Assembly: GCF_963921235.1 (NCBI RefSeq)
Contig: NC_086108.1
Span: 930,001 to 994,000, forward strand
Direction of reading: 5' to 3'
Source: Mobula hypostoma
Taxonomy: Eukaryota
DNA length: 64,000 bases
How positions within the stretch are numbered: the stretch's first letter is position 1; every line of letters starts with the position of its first letter. Position numbers and translations under genes: made by a program. Shown here one piece after another: positions 12,080-25,947 of this stretch. The notes under the pieces were generated by a model. It saw only the letters and a list, made by a program, of their open reading frames with translations. It was not told the DNA's origin and searched no databases.

Positions 12080-13200
12080 AGTTCAGTATAAACAGATTTG
12101 GTAAATGCATTTAACTGTCATGTGATGGAAAAGTATAGTGATTATACTCACATTTATACAGATGGTGTGAAGGAACCTGAAACAGGAGTGATAGGGTTTG
12201 GGGTGGTAATACCAGCAAAAGAAATTGGAATCAGCAGAAGAACATCTAATAAGTTAGGAGTGTTTACAGTGGAGATGCTGGCGGTGTTGGTTGCGTTGCA
12301 ATGGGTGCAGAAAGCCAGACAAGTCAAAGCATTGATATGTTCAGATTCATCCTCAGTTCTAGCAAGTTTAAGGTCTTTTCACACAAACAGTCGGCAAGAT
12401 GTACTTTATGAAGTCCTTCAGTTAGTTACAAGAATTGCAAATCAGGGAGGTCAGGTAAAATTTCTATGGGTTCCAGCACATGTAGGGGTGAAGGGGAATG
12501 AGAGGGTGGATGAGTTGGCAAAGAGGGCGTTAAAGAAAGAAAATGTGGAAATGCACATTAGTATCAGTAAAGCAGAGGTTAAGTGTGTAATCTCGGAAAA
12601 AGTCAACCGAATGTGGCAAGAAAGATGGGACGGGAGGGGAAAGGGAGGCATTTATATCAAATACAAAAGAGTGTTGCAGGTACGAGGGTAGGTAATGGAA
12701 ACAGAAGAGAGGAAATTGTGTGGACTAGGTTAAGGCTGGGGCATTGAGCATTAAACAAAACATTGAAAATGATAGGGAAACACCAGACAGGATTGTGTGA
12801 GGAATGTCAGGAAGAGGAGTCAGTAGAACATCTAGTTTTGTGTTGCAGGAAGTATGGGATACAGAGAGAGATGATGAGAAATAAATTAAGGGAGTTGGGG
12901 ATGCAGGAATTCACATTAAAAGGGTTGCTGGGCATGGGTGAGAGAGCACAAGTCCGGGTATTTTTAGCATTTTTAAGGGGTACAGGGGTTTTTTATAGAA
13001 TATGGCGAATAAACAGGAATAGGATACTAGGGTGGTCAAAGATGGGAGGGTGAAGTGTAGGTTTGTGTGTGTGTGTGTGTGATTGGGTGAAGGGATTTAG
13101 AATGTATGTCTAGTGCACATTCTGGAGCAGAGGGTGGCGGTAATGCACCATTAAACTGGATGCCAACCGCCGTAAAACAAGATACAGACAGACAGACACA
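12080..13200 (+). mobile_element. I-group (Nimb/I-like) LINE 3' part with RNase H and CCHC knuckle
   Basis: ORF 12098..12691 has RNase H motifs YTDG, EM.AV..AL, SDS.SVL, WVPAHVGVKGNE.VD. Then TRLRLGH and CEEC...ESVEHLVLCC; (caga)n tail. One frameshift and one stop. Confidence 0.85.
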
Positions 13201-13611
13201 GCTAGTGGTAGGCTCACATTTCAGCAATCCTGAACACTGATGCTGTGTGTGACCGCATGAGGTTCTCATGGCCACTGCAGCTTCCTGCCACATCCCAGAG
13301 CTGTGTAGGTTGGTAGATTTAATTGGTCGCTGTATATTGCTGCTGATATCGGAGTGAACGGTTGAATCTTTGGGGAATTAAGAGAAAGCAAAATGGGATC
13401 TGTGTAAATTAGTACTCGATGGAGGGTGCAGTGGCTGAAGGGCCAGTTTCTGTGCTGTGTAACTTTGTGAAGACCTGTGATGTCCAAGGGAGCTATTGAT
13501 GGTGTCTAGTTACTAGAAGTTGGACAGTTGGTGTAGTAAGCCATGAGCCACTTGCGCTTCTTGTGCCCACATGTCCATAAGACATAGGAGCAGAAATAGG
13601 CCATTTGATCT

Positions 13612-14045
13612 GTTGTAACGTGAATAAAGTCACTGGAGAGATACTGAAGCTGGATACAGAAGTGTTCTATTCAACAAAAACATACAACAGGCATCATATT
13701 GAGACACTCTTGGTGGAAGAGGCCTCCCCATCAAATATTACATGACATTTTTATATGCTAAATATAAAAGCAGGACAATTCTATAGTTATAATGTATCTA
13801 CAATGCTTCCTTTGAGTTACACCTAGTTTTCATACAGCTCCTTCTCTGCACCCACACTCCAGACACCCAAAATGTACGTCAATCAGCATTGTCTGCTTTG
13901 TAATCAACTCCAGACCACAGCTCCAGGAAAACTTGTTCAGGGCTGCATGTTAAATTTAATCTACAATCCATGTTCATGTGTGAAGATTGGGGTGAAGCTA
14001 ATATTTGCTATATACACTGACTCCAGAATACGTCTTAACATAACG
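13612..14045. mobile_element. Possible short solo LTR
   Basis: About 430 bp block with tgt(a)ac...ttaaca/taacg ends interrupting a CR1 3' tail; TSD ambiguous. Confidence 0.3.
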
Positions 14046-17000
14046 TATTGAATCTGTTTCACTGAGCATGAATGACAATAGAACATGAGGATGAAATGTT
14101 TTTACTCAGTCATGTTAACCACAATACGATTCATCCCCTATTCCTCTTCTTGATGCTGTGGGACATGGAGCCTGAGTCCTAAGTTACACGGTTCAATGGT
14201 TGTATACAGTATACAACCTGAAATTCTTATTCTTCGCAGACAAACATGAAACAGAAAAACCCCAAAGAATGAATGACAGAAATATTACAACCCCAAAAGC
14301 TCCCTGTCCCCCTCCCACGCGCAAGTAGCAGCAAAAAGCATCAGCCCTCCCCCCACTTTCTCCAGCAAAAGCACGGACCTCCTTCCCCCCTTGCAGGCAG
14401 TAGCAAAGCCCCCAAAGAGACCTGGACCAAGAAGCCATCAAAAAACTACTATCCATTTTAACACTTCAACATGTCAGGCAGGCTGTCTTCTATAATCATA
14501 GAATGATACAGCGTGAAACAGGCCCCTCAGCCCACTGAGTCTGCGTTGACCTTCAAGCACCTGCGTTTACACTGTCCAACACTAACCCGTTTTATTATGT
14601 CTCGGAGAAATGTGGTTTCAAATGTTAGTGGTCCGAGTCTGTGTTGTGCACCTGTATGACCCAAGAGAGGTGTAAAATTTAAAATGAGCTGAAGTACAGG
14701 TATATAGGAAAGTGAATGGACTAATGGGCGGTGGGGTGGAGATATGTCTCTACCAAAGGAGATGTAAGGTGCTCCTTCACTCTGATAGTCTGCAGGTCAT
14801 CCCTGGGCAAGGTGTGGCACCTGTTTAGTGACCTGGTCAGGGTCACGTGAGGCTGTGGGAGAAGGTGGTGGACGGTCATATGAGCAGCTGATGCATATCA
14901 CAACTCCTGGTTATGTGACCACTGACGCCAAGTAGATAATCTCTGAAGATAATGGCTAGGGTCACTCGTCTTGTAAACACATTGCCTAGAAGAAGGCAGT
15001 GGCAAGCCACTTCCATAAAATTTGCCGAGAACAATCATGGTCGTGAGACCAAGATCGCCCACATCATACGACATGGCATATGATGATGATGAATGAACTA
15101 TTCAGGGATTAAATCTGTACTTTCCATAATGGTTAAACTAGTGTGGATCATTCCACCTCTTTTCAGGGATTGGTAGGTCTGTTTGGTGTGAATATCAGAG
15201 TCACCTCACACGCTTTCATCAAGAGTGAAGCTTCATTCTGCCAGTCTGCTGGAGAGCCCCAAATCCATGGGGGTGAGTGGGGTTAAATAGTCGAGCACAC
15301 ATTTTGACCTGTGTTACTGAGTATAGAGGCAGAGGCGGGCAGGTCTACTCAAGTACTAAGCCTCACAAGCGATGGCAATGAATAGGGAAAATAAGTGGCA
15401 GGGAGGGAGAGGTGCCCAGATTATCAGTTGAAAGCCTGAAGTGCGCCCACGTCAGTGAAAGAGCTGGTGACTCAGCTCTGGATAACCACAGCCTGCTCCA
15501 GAGGGAATTACTTTTTCATGACAGTGACGATAAACACCGTTGCCATCAGATTGAATTTCAAATCCCTCGTACTAAAGTTCAAAGTAAATTTTATTATTAA
15601 AGTACACATATGTCACCATATAGAACCCTGAGATTCATTTTCCTGTGGACATGCTCAATAGAGGGCTAAGGATATCCTAGGTAATTTCTAAAGTAAGTAC
15701 ATGTTCAGCTGAATTGTGGGCTGAAGGGCCTGTATTGTGCTGTAGGTTTTCTATAAATCTATAGAATAATAATCATAACAGAATCAATGAAAGACTGCCT
15801 GACTAGGGCGTTCAACCAGAGTGCAGAAGACAACAAACCGCAAATACAAAAGGGAGAAACAACAGTCATAATAAATAAATAAATAATAAATATCGAGAAC
15901 ATGAGATGAAGAGTCCTTGAAAGAGAGTCCATAGATTGTGGGAACAGTTCAGTGATGAGATGAGTGAAGTTATCCCCTGTGGTTCAAGAGCCTGATGGTA
16001 ATAACTGAACTTGGTGGTGTGAGTTCTTAGGCTCCTGTACCACCTTCCTGATGGCAGCAGCGAGGAGAGCGCATGGCTTGGATGGTGGGGTCCCTGATAA
16101 TGGAGGCTGCTTTCCTGCGACAGTGTTTCAGGTGCCCAGTGGTGGGGTGAGCAGTGTCAACCACTTTTTGCAGGATCTTCCATGTCAGGGTATTGGTGTT
16201 TCCATATCAGGTTGCGATGCAGCCAGTTGATTTACCCTCCACTACACATCTATAGAAGTTTGTCAAAGCTTTAGATGCCCGAATCTTTGTAAACTTCTAA
16301 GGAAATAGAGGCACAGCTGTGCTTTCTTTATAATTGCACTTAAGTTCTGGGCCCAGAGAAGGTCCTTTGAAGTAATAATGCTGAGGAATTTTGAGGTTGC
16401 TAACCCTCTCCACATCTGATCCTTCTGAGAGGACTGCCTGATGGACCTCTGGTTTCCTTCTGAAGTCTATGATCAGTTCCTTGGTCTTGCGGGGTATTGA
16501 GTGGCACCACTCAGCCATACGAGACGATATGGATTGTGAGGTCTCCGTAAACCTCGATTTACTGTTTTAGTCTCTCTGCCCAGTGGAAGTGATTGTTTGG
16601 TAATCTGAGCGGGATTAGAGGCTAATGGGAAAGATGGTTTCCTACAACACAGTGTTATTTAAACTAGAGTGTGACTTAAACTTACAGTGTGCTGTCATTA
16701 ATTTAGGGGAGTGTGTCTTGAAGAAATATAGAAAGATAAAAAAACTGCAGCACAATACAGGCCCTTCGGCCCACAATGCTGTGCCGAACATGTACTTACC
16801 TTAGAAATTACCTAAGCTTTCCCATAGCCCTCTATTTTTCTAAGCTCCATGTACCTATCCAGGAGTCTCTTAAAAGACCCTATTGTATCTGCCTCCACCA
16901 CCGTCACCAGCAGCCCATTCCACACACTCGCCACTCTCTGTGTGAAAAAAACACTTCCTCCCGACATCTCCTCTGTACCTACTTCCAAGCACCTTAAAAC

Positions 17001-19738
17001 TCGTAATAGCCATTTCAACCCTGGGAAAAAGCCTCTTGCTATCCACACGATCAATGCCTCTCATCATCTTATACACCTGTATACGGTCACCTTTCATCCT
17101 CCATCGCTCCAAGGCAATGGGACAGTCTGCAGTTCAACTTCTAAACCTAAGAGGTTCTGCATATGCTGGGAATCTTAATGCTGGAGGAACTCAGCAGGTC
17201 AGAGAGTATCTATGGAGAGGAATGGTTATAGCCCAAAGGAAGGAAGTGGGCAAAATCTAGAATAAGTGTTTGATGGCTCTGGACCTGTACTCACTGGAAT
17301 TGAGAAGAATAAGGGGTGGCCTCATTGAAACCTATCGAATGATGAAAGGCCTCGATAAAGTGGATGTGACGAGGATTTTTCCTATACTGGGGAGTCTAAG
17401 ACCAGAGGACACAGCGTCAGAATAGAGGGGTGTCCCTTTGGAACAAAGATGAGGAATTTCTTTAGCCAGAGAGTGGTGAATCTGTGGAATTCCTACCACA
17501 GATGAGGAGGCCAAGTCATGTGGTATATTCATTAGTTATCGTGTGTTATCTGTTCTACTGTGCTTTAGATTCTGGTTTGGAGAAATATTGTCTTGTTTCT
17601 ATATACATTATAACCATATAACAATTACAGCACGGAGACAGGCCATCTCGGCCCTTCTAGTCCGTGCCAAACTCTTACTCTCACCTAGTCCCACCGACCT
17701 GCACTCAGCCCATAACCCTCCATTCCTTTCCTGTCCATATAGCTATCCAATTTAACTTTAAATGACAACATCAAACCTGCCTCAACCACTTCTGCTGGAA
17801 GCTCGTTCCACACAGCTACCACTCTCTGAGTAAAGAAGTTCCCCCTCATGTTACCCCTAAACTTTTGCCCTTTAACTCTCAACTCATGTCCTCTTGTTTG
17901 AATCTCAATGGAAAAGGCCTATCCACGTCAACTCTATCTATCCCCCTCATAATTTTAAATACCTCTATCAAGTCCCCCCTCAACCTTCTACGTTCCAAAG
18001 AATAAAGACCCAACTTGTTTAACCTTTCTCTGTAACTTAGGAGATGAAACCCAGGTAACATTCTAGTAAATCTTCTCTGTACTCTCTCAATTTTGTTGAC
18101 ATCTTTCCTATAATTCGGTGACCAGAACTGTACACAATACTTCAAATTTGGCCTTACCAATGCCTTGTACAATTTTAACATTACATCCCAACTCCTATAC
18201 TCAATGCTCAAATTTATAAAGGCCAGTATACCAAAAGCTTTCTTCACCACCCTATCCACATGAGATTCCACCTTCAGGGAACTATGCACCATTATTCCTA
18301 GATCCCTCTGTTCTACTGCATTCTTCAATGCCCTGCCATTTACCATGTATGTCCTAATTTGATTAGCCCTACCAAAACGTAGCACCTCACATTTATCAGC
18401 ATTAAACTCCATCTGCCATCTTTCAGCCCGCTCTTCTAACTGGCCTAAATGTCTCTGCAAGCTTTGAAAACCTACTTCATTATCCACAACTCCACCTATC
18501 TTAGTATCATCTGCATACTTACTAATCCAATTTACCACCCCATCATCCAGATCATTAATGTATATGACAAACAGCATTGGACCCAGTACAGATCCCTGAG
18601 GCACACCACTAGTCACCGGCCTCCAATCTGACAAACAGTTATCCACCACTACTCTCTGGCATCTCCCATTCAGCCACTGCTGAATCCATTTTACTACTTC
18701 AATATTAATACCTAATGATTGAACCTTCCTAACTAACCTTCCGTGTGGAACCTTGTCAAAGGCCTTACTGAAGTCCATATAGACAACATCCACTACTTTA
18801 CCCTCGTCAACTTTCCTAGTAGCCTCTTCAAGAAATTCAATAAGATTTGTCAAACATGACTTTCCACGTACAAATCCATTTTGACTGTTCCTAATCAGAC
18901 CCTGTCTATCCAGATGATTATATATACCATCTCTAAGAATACTTTCCATCAATTTACCCACCACTGACGTCAAACTCACAGGCCGATAATTGCTAGGTTT
19001 AGTCTTAGAACCCTTTTTAAACAATGGAACAACATGAGCAATACGCCAATCCTCCAGCACCATCCCCGTTTCTAATGACATTTGAAATATTTCTGTCAGA
19101 GCCCCTGCTATTTCTACACTAATTTCCCTCAAGGTCCTAGGGAATATCCTGTCAGGACCCAGAGACTTATCCACTTTTATATTCCTTAAAAGCGCCAGTA
19201 CTTCCTCTTCTTTAATCATCATTGTTTCTATTACTTCCCTACCTGTTTCCCTTACGTTACACAATTCAATATCCTTCTCTTTAGTGAATACCGAAGAAAA
19301 GAAATTGTTCAAAATCTCCCTCATCTCTTTCGGCTCCACATATAGCCGTCCACTCTGATTCTCTAAGGGACCAATTTTATCCCTCACTATCCTTATGCTA
19401 TTAATATAACTGTAGAAACCCTTTGGATTTAGTTTTACCTTACTTGCCAAAGCAACCTCTTATCTTCTTTTAGCTTTTTTAATTCCTTTCTTAAGATTCT
19501 TTTTACATTCTTTATATTCCTCGAGCACCTCATTTACTCCAATTTGCCTATATTTATTGTAGATCTCTCTTTTTTTCCGAACCAAGTTTCCAATATCCCT
19601 TGAAAACCACGGCTCTCTCAAACTTTTAACCTTTCCTTTCAACCTAACAGGAACATAAAGATTCTGTACCCTCAAAATTTCACCTTTAAATGACCTCCAT
19701 TTCTCTATTACATACATCCTTCCCATAAAACAAATTGT

Positions 19739-20655
19739 AAGCACAAAATAATCTGCAGATGCTGGGGTCAAAGCAACACTCACGACAAGCTGGAGGAACT
19801 CAGCAGGTCGGGCAGCGTCCGTGGAAAAGATCGGTTGATGTTTCGGGCCGGAACCCTTCGTCAGGACTGTAGGGGGAAGGGGCAGAGGCCCTATAAAGCA
19901 GGTGGGGGGAGGGTGGGAAGGAGAAGGCTGGTAGGTTCCAGGTGAAAAACCAGTAAGGGGAAAGATAAAGGGCTGGGGGAAGGGAGGCAGGGAGGTGATA
20001 GGCAGGAAAGGTGAAGAAAGAATAGGGGAAAACACAATGGGTAGTAGAAGGAGGCGGAACCAAGAGGGAGGTGGTAGGCAGCTGGGGGAGGGGGCAGAGC
20101 GACATAGGGATAGAGGAAGGGAGGGGGAGGGAATTACCGGAAGTTGGAGAATTCTATGTTCATACCAAGGGGCTGGAGACTACCTAGATGATATATGAGG
20201 TGTTGCTCCTCCAACCTGAGTTTAGCCTCATCATGGCAGTAGAGGAGGCCATGTATGGACATATCTGAATGGGAGTGGGAAGCAGAGTTGAAGTGGGTGG
20301 CTACTGGGAGATCCTGTCTGTATTGACGGATGGAGCGGAGGTGCTCGACGAAGCGGTCCCCCAATCTGCGTCAGGTTTCACTGATGTAGAGGAGACCGCA
20401 CTGGATGCAATAGATGACCCCAATAGACTCACAAGTGAAGTGTTGTCTCACCTGGAAGTACTGTTTGGGGCCCTGAATGGTGGCAAGAGAGGAGGTGTAG
20501 GGACAGCTGTAGCACTTGCGCTTACAGAGATAAGTGCCAGATGGGAGATCCGTAGGGAGGGACGTGTGGACCAGGGAGTCGTGGAGGGACCGATCCCTGC
20601 GGAAGGCAGAGAGGGGTGGAGAGGGAAAGATGTGCTTAGTGGCACATCGTAGTTG
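19739..20655 (-). mobile_element. 5'-truncated Penelope-like element (GIY-YIG endonuclease end, 3' UTR/pLTR with hammerhead motif)
   Basis: FTCESIGVIYCIQCGLLYISET and DRFVEHLRSIR...VATHFNS...LEEQHLIYHLGSLQPLGMNIEF; ctgacgaagggttccggcccgaaacatc on minus at about 19837-19864; 15-bp TSD cataaaacaaattgt at 19724-19738 and 20656-20670. Confidence 0.92.
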
Positions 20656-22747
20656 CATAAAACAAATTGTCCCAATCCACTCCTAAATCCTTTCGCATCT
20701 CCTCAAAGTTAGCCTTTCTCCAATCAAAAATCTCAACCCTGGGTCCAGTCCTATCCTTCTCCATAATTATATTGAGAGACAAATGGCGTTGTGATCACTG
20801 GACCCGAAGTGCACCCTAACACATACCTCTGTCACCTGACCTATCTCATTCCCTAAAAGGAGATCTAACACTGCCCCTTTTCTAGTTGTTACCTGTATGT
20901 ATTGCTGCAAAAACCTATCTTGCACAGATTTTACGAACTCCAAACCATCCAGCCCTTTTATAGAATATGTTTCCCAGTCTATGTGTGGAAAATTAAAATC
21001 TCCCACAATCACAACCTTGTGCTTACAACAAATATCTGCTATCTCTTTACAAATTTGCTCCTCCAATTCTCGCTCCCCGTTAGGTGGTCTATAATACATC
21101 CCTATAAGCGTTACTACACCTTTCCCATTCCTCAATTCCGCCCAAATAGCCTCCCTAGACGAGTCCTCTAATCTATCCTGCCAAAGCACCGCTGTAATAT
21201 TTTCTCTGACAAGCAATGCAACACCTCCCCCTCTTGCCCCACCGATTCTATCACAGCTGAAGCAATGAAATCCAGGAATATTTAGTTGCCAATCACACCC
21301 CTCCTGCAACCATGTTTCACTAATAGCTACAACATCATATTTCCAGGTATCAATCCATGCTCTAAGCTCATCCACCTTTCTTACAATGCTCCCAGCATTA
21401 AAATAGATGCATTTAAGAAACTCTCCACCTCTTACTCTCTGTTTATCCCGAATGGTGCAAACAACTTTGTTATCTTTTTCTTCCTTCTCCCCTACATCTT
21501 CAGTCCCAGTGCTTCCGTCCTCTGTCCCCTGCCCACCCTCCCTCACACACCGTCCACCAGCTCTCTCCATCTGTGAACCAACCTCCTCCCTCCTAATCTC
21601 TTCAATTTGATTCCCACCCCCCAACCATTCTAGTTTAAAGTCTCCCCAGTAGCCTTCGCAAATCTCCCTGCCAGGATATTGGTCCCCCTAGGATTCAAGT
21701 GCAACCTGTCCTTTTTGTACAGGTCACACCTGCACCAAAAGAGGTCCCAATGATCCAGAAACTTGAATCCCTGTCCCCTGTTCCAATCCCTCAGCCACAC
21801 ATTTATCCTCCACCTCATTCCATTCCTACTCTCACTGTTGCGTGGCACAGGCAGTAATCCCGAGATTACTACCTTTGCAGTCCTTCTTCTCAACTCCCTT
21901 CCTAACTCCCTATATTCTCCTTTCCCTTTTCCTACCTATGTCATTGGTACCTATATGTACCACAACCGCTGGCTCCTCACCGTCCCACTTCAGGATATCT
22001 TGGACGCAATCAGAAACATCCCGGACCCTGGCACCAGGGAGGCAAACTACCATCTGGGTCTCCTGACTGCGTCCACAGAATCGCCTATCTGACCCCCTTA
22101 CTATCGAGTCCCCTATTACTACTGCCCTCCTCTTCCTTTCCCTACCCTTCTGAGCTACAGGACCAGACTCTGTGCCGGAGCCACGGCCACTGTCGCTTCC
22201 CCCGGCTAGGCTGTCCTCCCCCAGTAGTACTCAAACAGGAGTACTTATTGTGAAGGGGCACAGCCACTGGGGTACTCTCTATTACCTGACTCTTCCCCTT
22301 CCCCCTCCTAACCGTGACCCACTTGTCTGCCTCCCGTGGCCCTGGTGTGACCACCTGCCTGTAACTCCTCTCTATCAACTCCTCACTCTCCCTGATCAGA
22401 CGAAGGTCATCGAGCTTCAGCTCCAGTTCCCTAACACGGTCCCTTAGGAGCTGCATCTTGGTGCACCTGGCGCAGATGTGGACGTCCGAGAGGCTTGGAG
22501 GCTCCAGGACCTCCCACATCCGACACTGAGAACAACAAGCTGCCCTCACACTCATACTTCCCCCTTTCCTCAAACGACAGGAAAAATTGAAAACCAAACC
22601 TACTTTGTCTCGCCTGTTTCCGACTAAGCCTGTTGAGCCAAAGCCCTTAAGCCTTCACTCTGCTCCCGGCTCACTCCGCTGCTCGCAAAACGATGCTGCC
22701 TGCTGTATAAGGCTGTGTTCCTTTCAAATCTTCCGCGCTTCACTGCC

Positions 22748-22755
22748 TGACGTCA
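22748..22755. promoter_or_regulatory. Perfect CRE palindrome TGACGTCA in the CR1 5' UTR
   Basis: Exact motif about 40 bp from the element's 5' end; possibly part of an internal promoter antisense to CLASRP. Function unproven. Confidence 0.3.
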
Positions 22756-25698
22756 CAAGCCTGTGCAGTCCTGCCTCTCTTAACTCCGATGATGAGAAGA
22801 TATGATTATAAGATTATATGGTTATATATGTTATGTACATGTACAGTATATAGTTAAATGACAATAAACGTGAGTTAAAGCAGAGGCTGATAGATTCTTG
22901 ATTGGTCAGGGCATGAAGGGATATGGCAAGAAGGCAGGAGGGAGATGGAGTCACCAGATGGACCAAGCAGACTCATTCTGCTCCTGTATCTTTGCTCTAA
23001 TAAGAAGGTAGAGAGAAGGAGTGGAGTACAAGCTGGCAGGTGATAGCTGAGGCCAGGTGAGAGAGAAGGTGAGTGGATGGGTGGGAAGGGAGAGTGAAAT
23101 AAGCTGGGAGGTGATAGGTGGAAGAATTGGGAATGGAAACAGAGAAGGGGTAGGGGAGAATTTACTAGGAATTAGAGAAATTGATATTCATGCCATCAGG
23201 TTGGAGGCTACCCAGATGGAACATGTAATGGTGCTCCTGCAACCTGCATTTGGCCTCATAGTGGCAGTAGAGGAGGCCATGAACAGACATGATAGAATGG
23301 GAATGGAAAGTCGAACTGAAATGAGTGACCACTGGGAAATCTTGCAGTGGACAGTTTTACTTAAACGTATGCATTATGATTAAAATGGGGCAATGTGACT
23401 TCAGTAGGATTGTGTGCAATGATGGCATAAAAAGTTTTTCAGGAGCTTGGGTAATAAAGGAAAGTATAAGGAGGTTGAACTTGTTGTCTTTGGAAGCAGA
23501 GTTTGAGATGATCCAGCTGAGATTTTTAAGCTTATAAATGAAAGTGGTATAATATTCAATGGACCAGTATAGCACAGGACAGACATTTCAGCCCATAAAG
23601 ATGTACCAAATTAATTAACCTAATGATCCCTAATTACACTAATGTCTTCTGTCTGCATGTGGTCCATAAGACTCCATTCTCTATATATTCCTGTGCTTAT
23701 CTAAGAGCCTCGTGTTTCTGAATTGCTGAGTGTGTGTCTTCAGGCTCCTGTACCTCCTTCTGGATGGCAGCAGTGAGAAGAAGGCATATCCTGGGTGGTG
23801 GGGGGTGCTTAATGATGGATGCCACCTTTCTGAGGTATCGCTACCTGAAGACGTCCTTGACACTACGGAGTTCTGGAGCTGACTAAGTTTACAAATGTGT
23901 GCAGTTTATTTTGATCCCATGCAGTAGACCCCTCTCCCCATACCAGATGGTGATGCAGCCAGTTAGAATGTTCTCCACTGTTCATCCGTAGAAATTTGGG
24001 AGTGACTGATGATACACCAAATCTCCTCAAACTCCTAATGAAATGTAGTCACTGTTGTGCTTTCTTTGTAGCTGCATCAATATGTTGGGTCCAGGTTATG
24101 TCCTCAGAGATGTTAATGTGCAGGAACTTGAAATTGCTGACTCTTTCCACTTCTGATCCCTCTATGAGGACTGGTGTGTGTTCCCTCACTTTACCCTTTC
24201 TGAAGTCCACTATCTTTCTGACATCTGAGTCCAATCAAACAGCTGATCTATCTCGCTCTGGTATGCTATGGAAGTCTAGCTTGCCTGTAGAATCAAAGCA
24301 TTAAAGACAGCACCTGGCAATAGGGAATGGGAAGATCCCACAAATAGTTTACAGATGTGGGTCAATACAAGGCCTACTGGGAGATGTACTGACATGTACT
24401 GAGGTCTCATGCAGCTGAATAGCTTTGCTATGCTCTAGAAAGTATCAGGCAGTATTCCAGTTGTTGTAAGGTATTGGGTCCAAAGCTGGAGTGAGGGGTT
24501 TTGAGAGAGATGCGGAGGGTGGAAATTTCGAACAGAAATGAGGAGGAATTTCTTTAACCAGAGGATAGTGATCTGTGGAACTCTTTGTCACAGACAACTC
24601 TGGAGGCTAAATCATTGAGTATATTTAAGGCAGAGGTTGGTAGCTCTTGATTAGTCAGGGCATTATAGGTTATGGGGAAAAGCAGGAGAGTGGGGTTTAG
24701 AAGGACAGTGTTCCTAGTTTTAAAGAAAGGTCCCTAAAACATGGCGATGAATCAAATGGATTTAATTCTGGAATAGTTTATTTTATGTAAGATTGAAGGA
24801 GTCAGGCCTGCAGCTGAAACATTTCTCTAATCTTAGTCCGAACACCTCAGGTTCATTTGTTTGGTTTAAGGAGTGCATTCTCCAGGGACCGCTGCTGTGT
24901 TGTCTGAGTTGCAAATGGATACTGAATTGGGTGTTGTCTTGTGCTACATCTTGAATGCTTTTCTACATTAGAGCTGCAAATGGTGTTATGTAGAAATGGG
25001 CAAGTTTGAACATGCAGAAACCCAGCCAACGATTGCAGCATCAAAGCTGTTAACCTGAAGACATGATGTTAAACTGAGAGCCTATTGCAGGGATGTGAGA
25101 CTGCTGGACACGGCTTCAGAAGAGAGCAAAGGAGTTCTCCACAGTATAAAAGTAGAAAGTGTCGTCAAAACATCCAGGAGTGATAAATAGTTAACATTTC
25201 AGACTGATGATCTACCATCAGCTCTATCTTTACAACAGCTGTTCCCAACCTTTTTTATGCCATGGACCAATACCATTAAGCAAGAGGTTCGTGGACTTCA
25301 GGTCAGGAACCCTTGCTTCAGGGGATGAATATTGGCTGTGATACAATGCTCCACACATCTAAAACCTTCCATGAATCCTTTGTCATCTTCATGCACCTCT
25401 AGAGGAGTCAGAATGTGCTGCCATTTAATGTAACCTTGCTTGACCTAAGAAATGTCACCTTCAAGAAAGCAAGAGTTTCTCAGTGGAGTGGAGTGTCGGA
25501 GTGGACAAAGTCACTGACTTATCTTGGCTCAAACCAAATTCAATTTCAAACCCAGGCGAGGTGTTCTTGTTTCTCTCGATCTCCTTGTGTGTGTAATATT
25601 GTGCGTTTGTGGGTTTCAGCATACGAAAGCCTCAACAGATTCAGTTTTGGTGCCGGCAGACTATCGTTTATACTTTACTATGTTTCTGTATTCCTCAG

Positions 25699-25947
25699 GC
25701 GCCGCTCCTCTTCCTCTTCCTCGTCACAGTCTCGATCAGGCTCTCGCAGCCACCGATCCCACGGGCACCGGCGGACGAGGTGCTACTCCCGCTCCCGGTC
25801 CCGCTCGCGCAACAGGCACTACTCGCGATCGTATGGCCGCTACACCAGAGGAGGATCCCGGGACGGGCACCACTGCTCCCGCTCACACTCGCGCTCGGCT
25901 GACAGGACACGCTACATCAGCTCCCGCAGTCGTGGCAGGAGATCCAG
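25699..25947 (+). CDS. CLASRP: CLASRP RS-domain exon, RRSSSSSSSQSRSGSRSH...RGRRS(R)
   Basis: Acceptor ttcctcag|, donor ag|gtatgg; 249 nt, phase 2 to 2; Arg/Ser-rich with GGSRDGH motif. Confidence 0.93.

Larger units (their letters stand above)
17610..22790 (-). mobile_element. Near full-length CR1 LINE: 5' UTR, ORF1 (Cys motif, coiled coil, SGNH esterase), ORF2 (APE endonuclease, RT), atatggtt tail
   Basis: ORF1 pieces 22142..22597 (CSQC...HICARC) and 21630..21893 (D.LHLN..G). APE 20767..21624 (SETWL, YRPP, GDFN, SDH). RT 17879..19450 (PQGSVLGP, YADD). Interrupted by a Penelope insert, a stop at about 19460 and small indels. Confidence 0.95.

Noticed and set aside
12098..12691. Host RNase H gene
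   Set aside because: Followed by a LINE CCHC domain and simple-repeat tail, 5' truncated, with no splice structure.
17879..19450. 523-aa reverse transcriptase ORF as a retron, DGR or domesticated gene
   Set aside because: It is the RT part of a CR1 ORF2 with upstream APE, ORF1 and a 3' tail, and it has disabling lesions.
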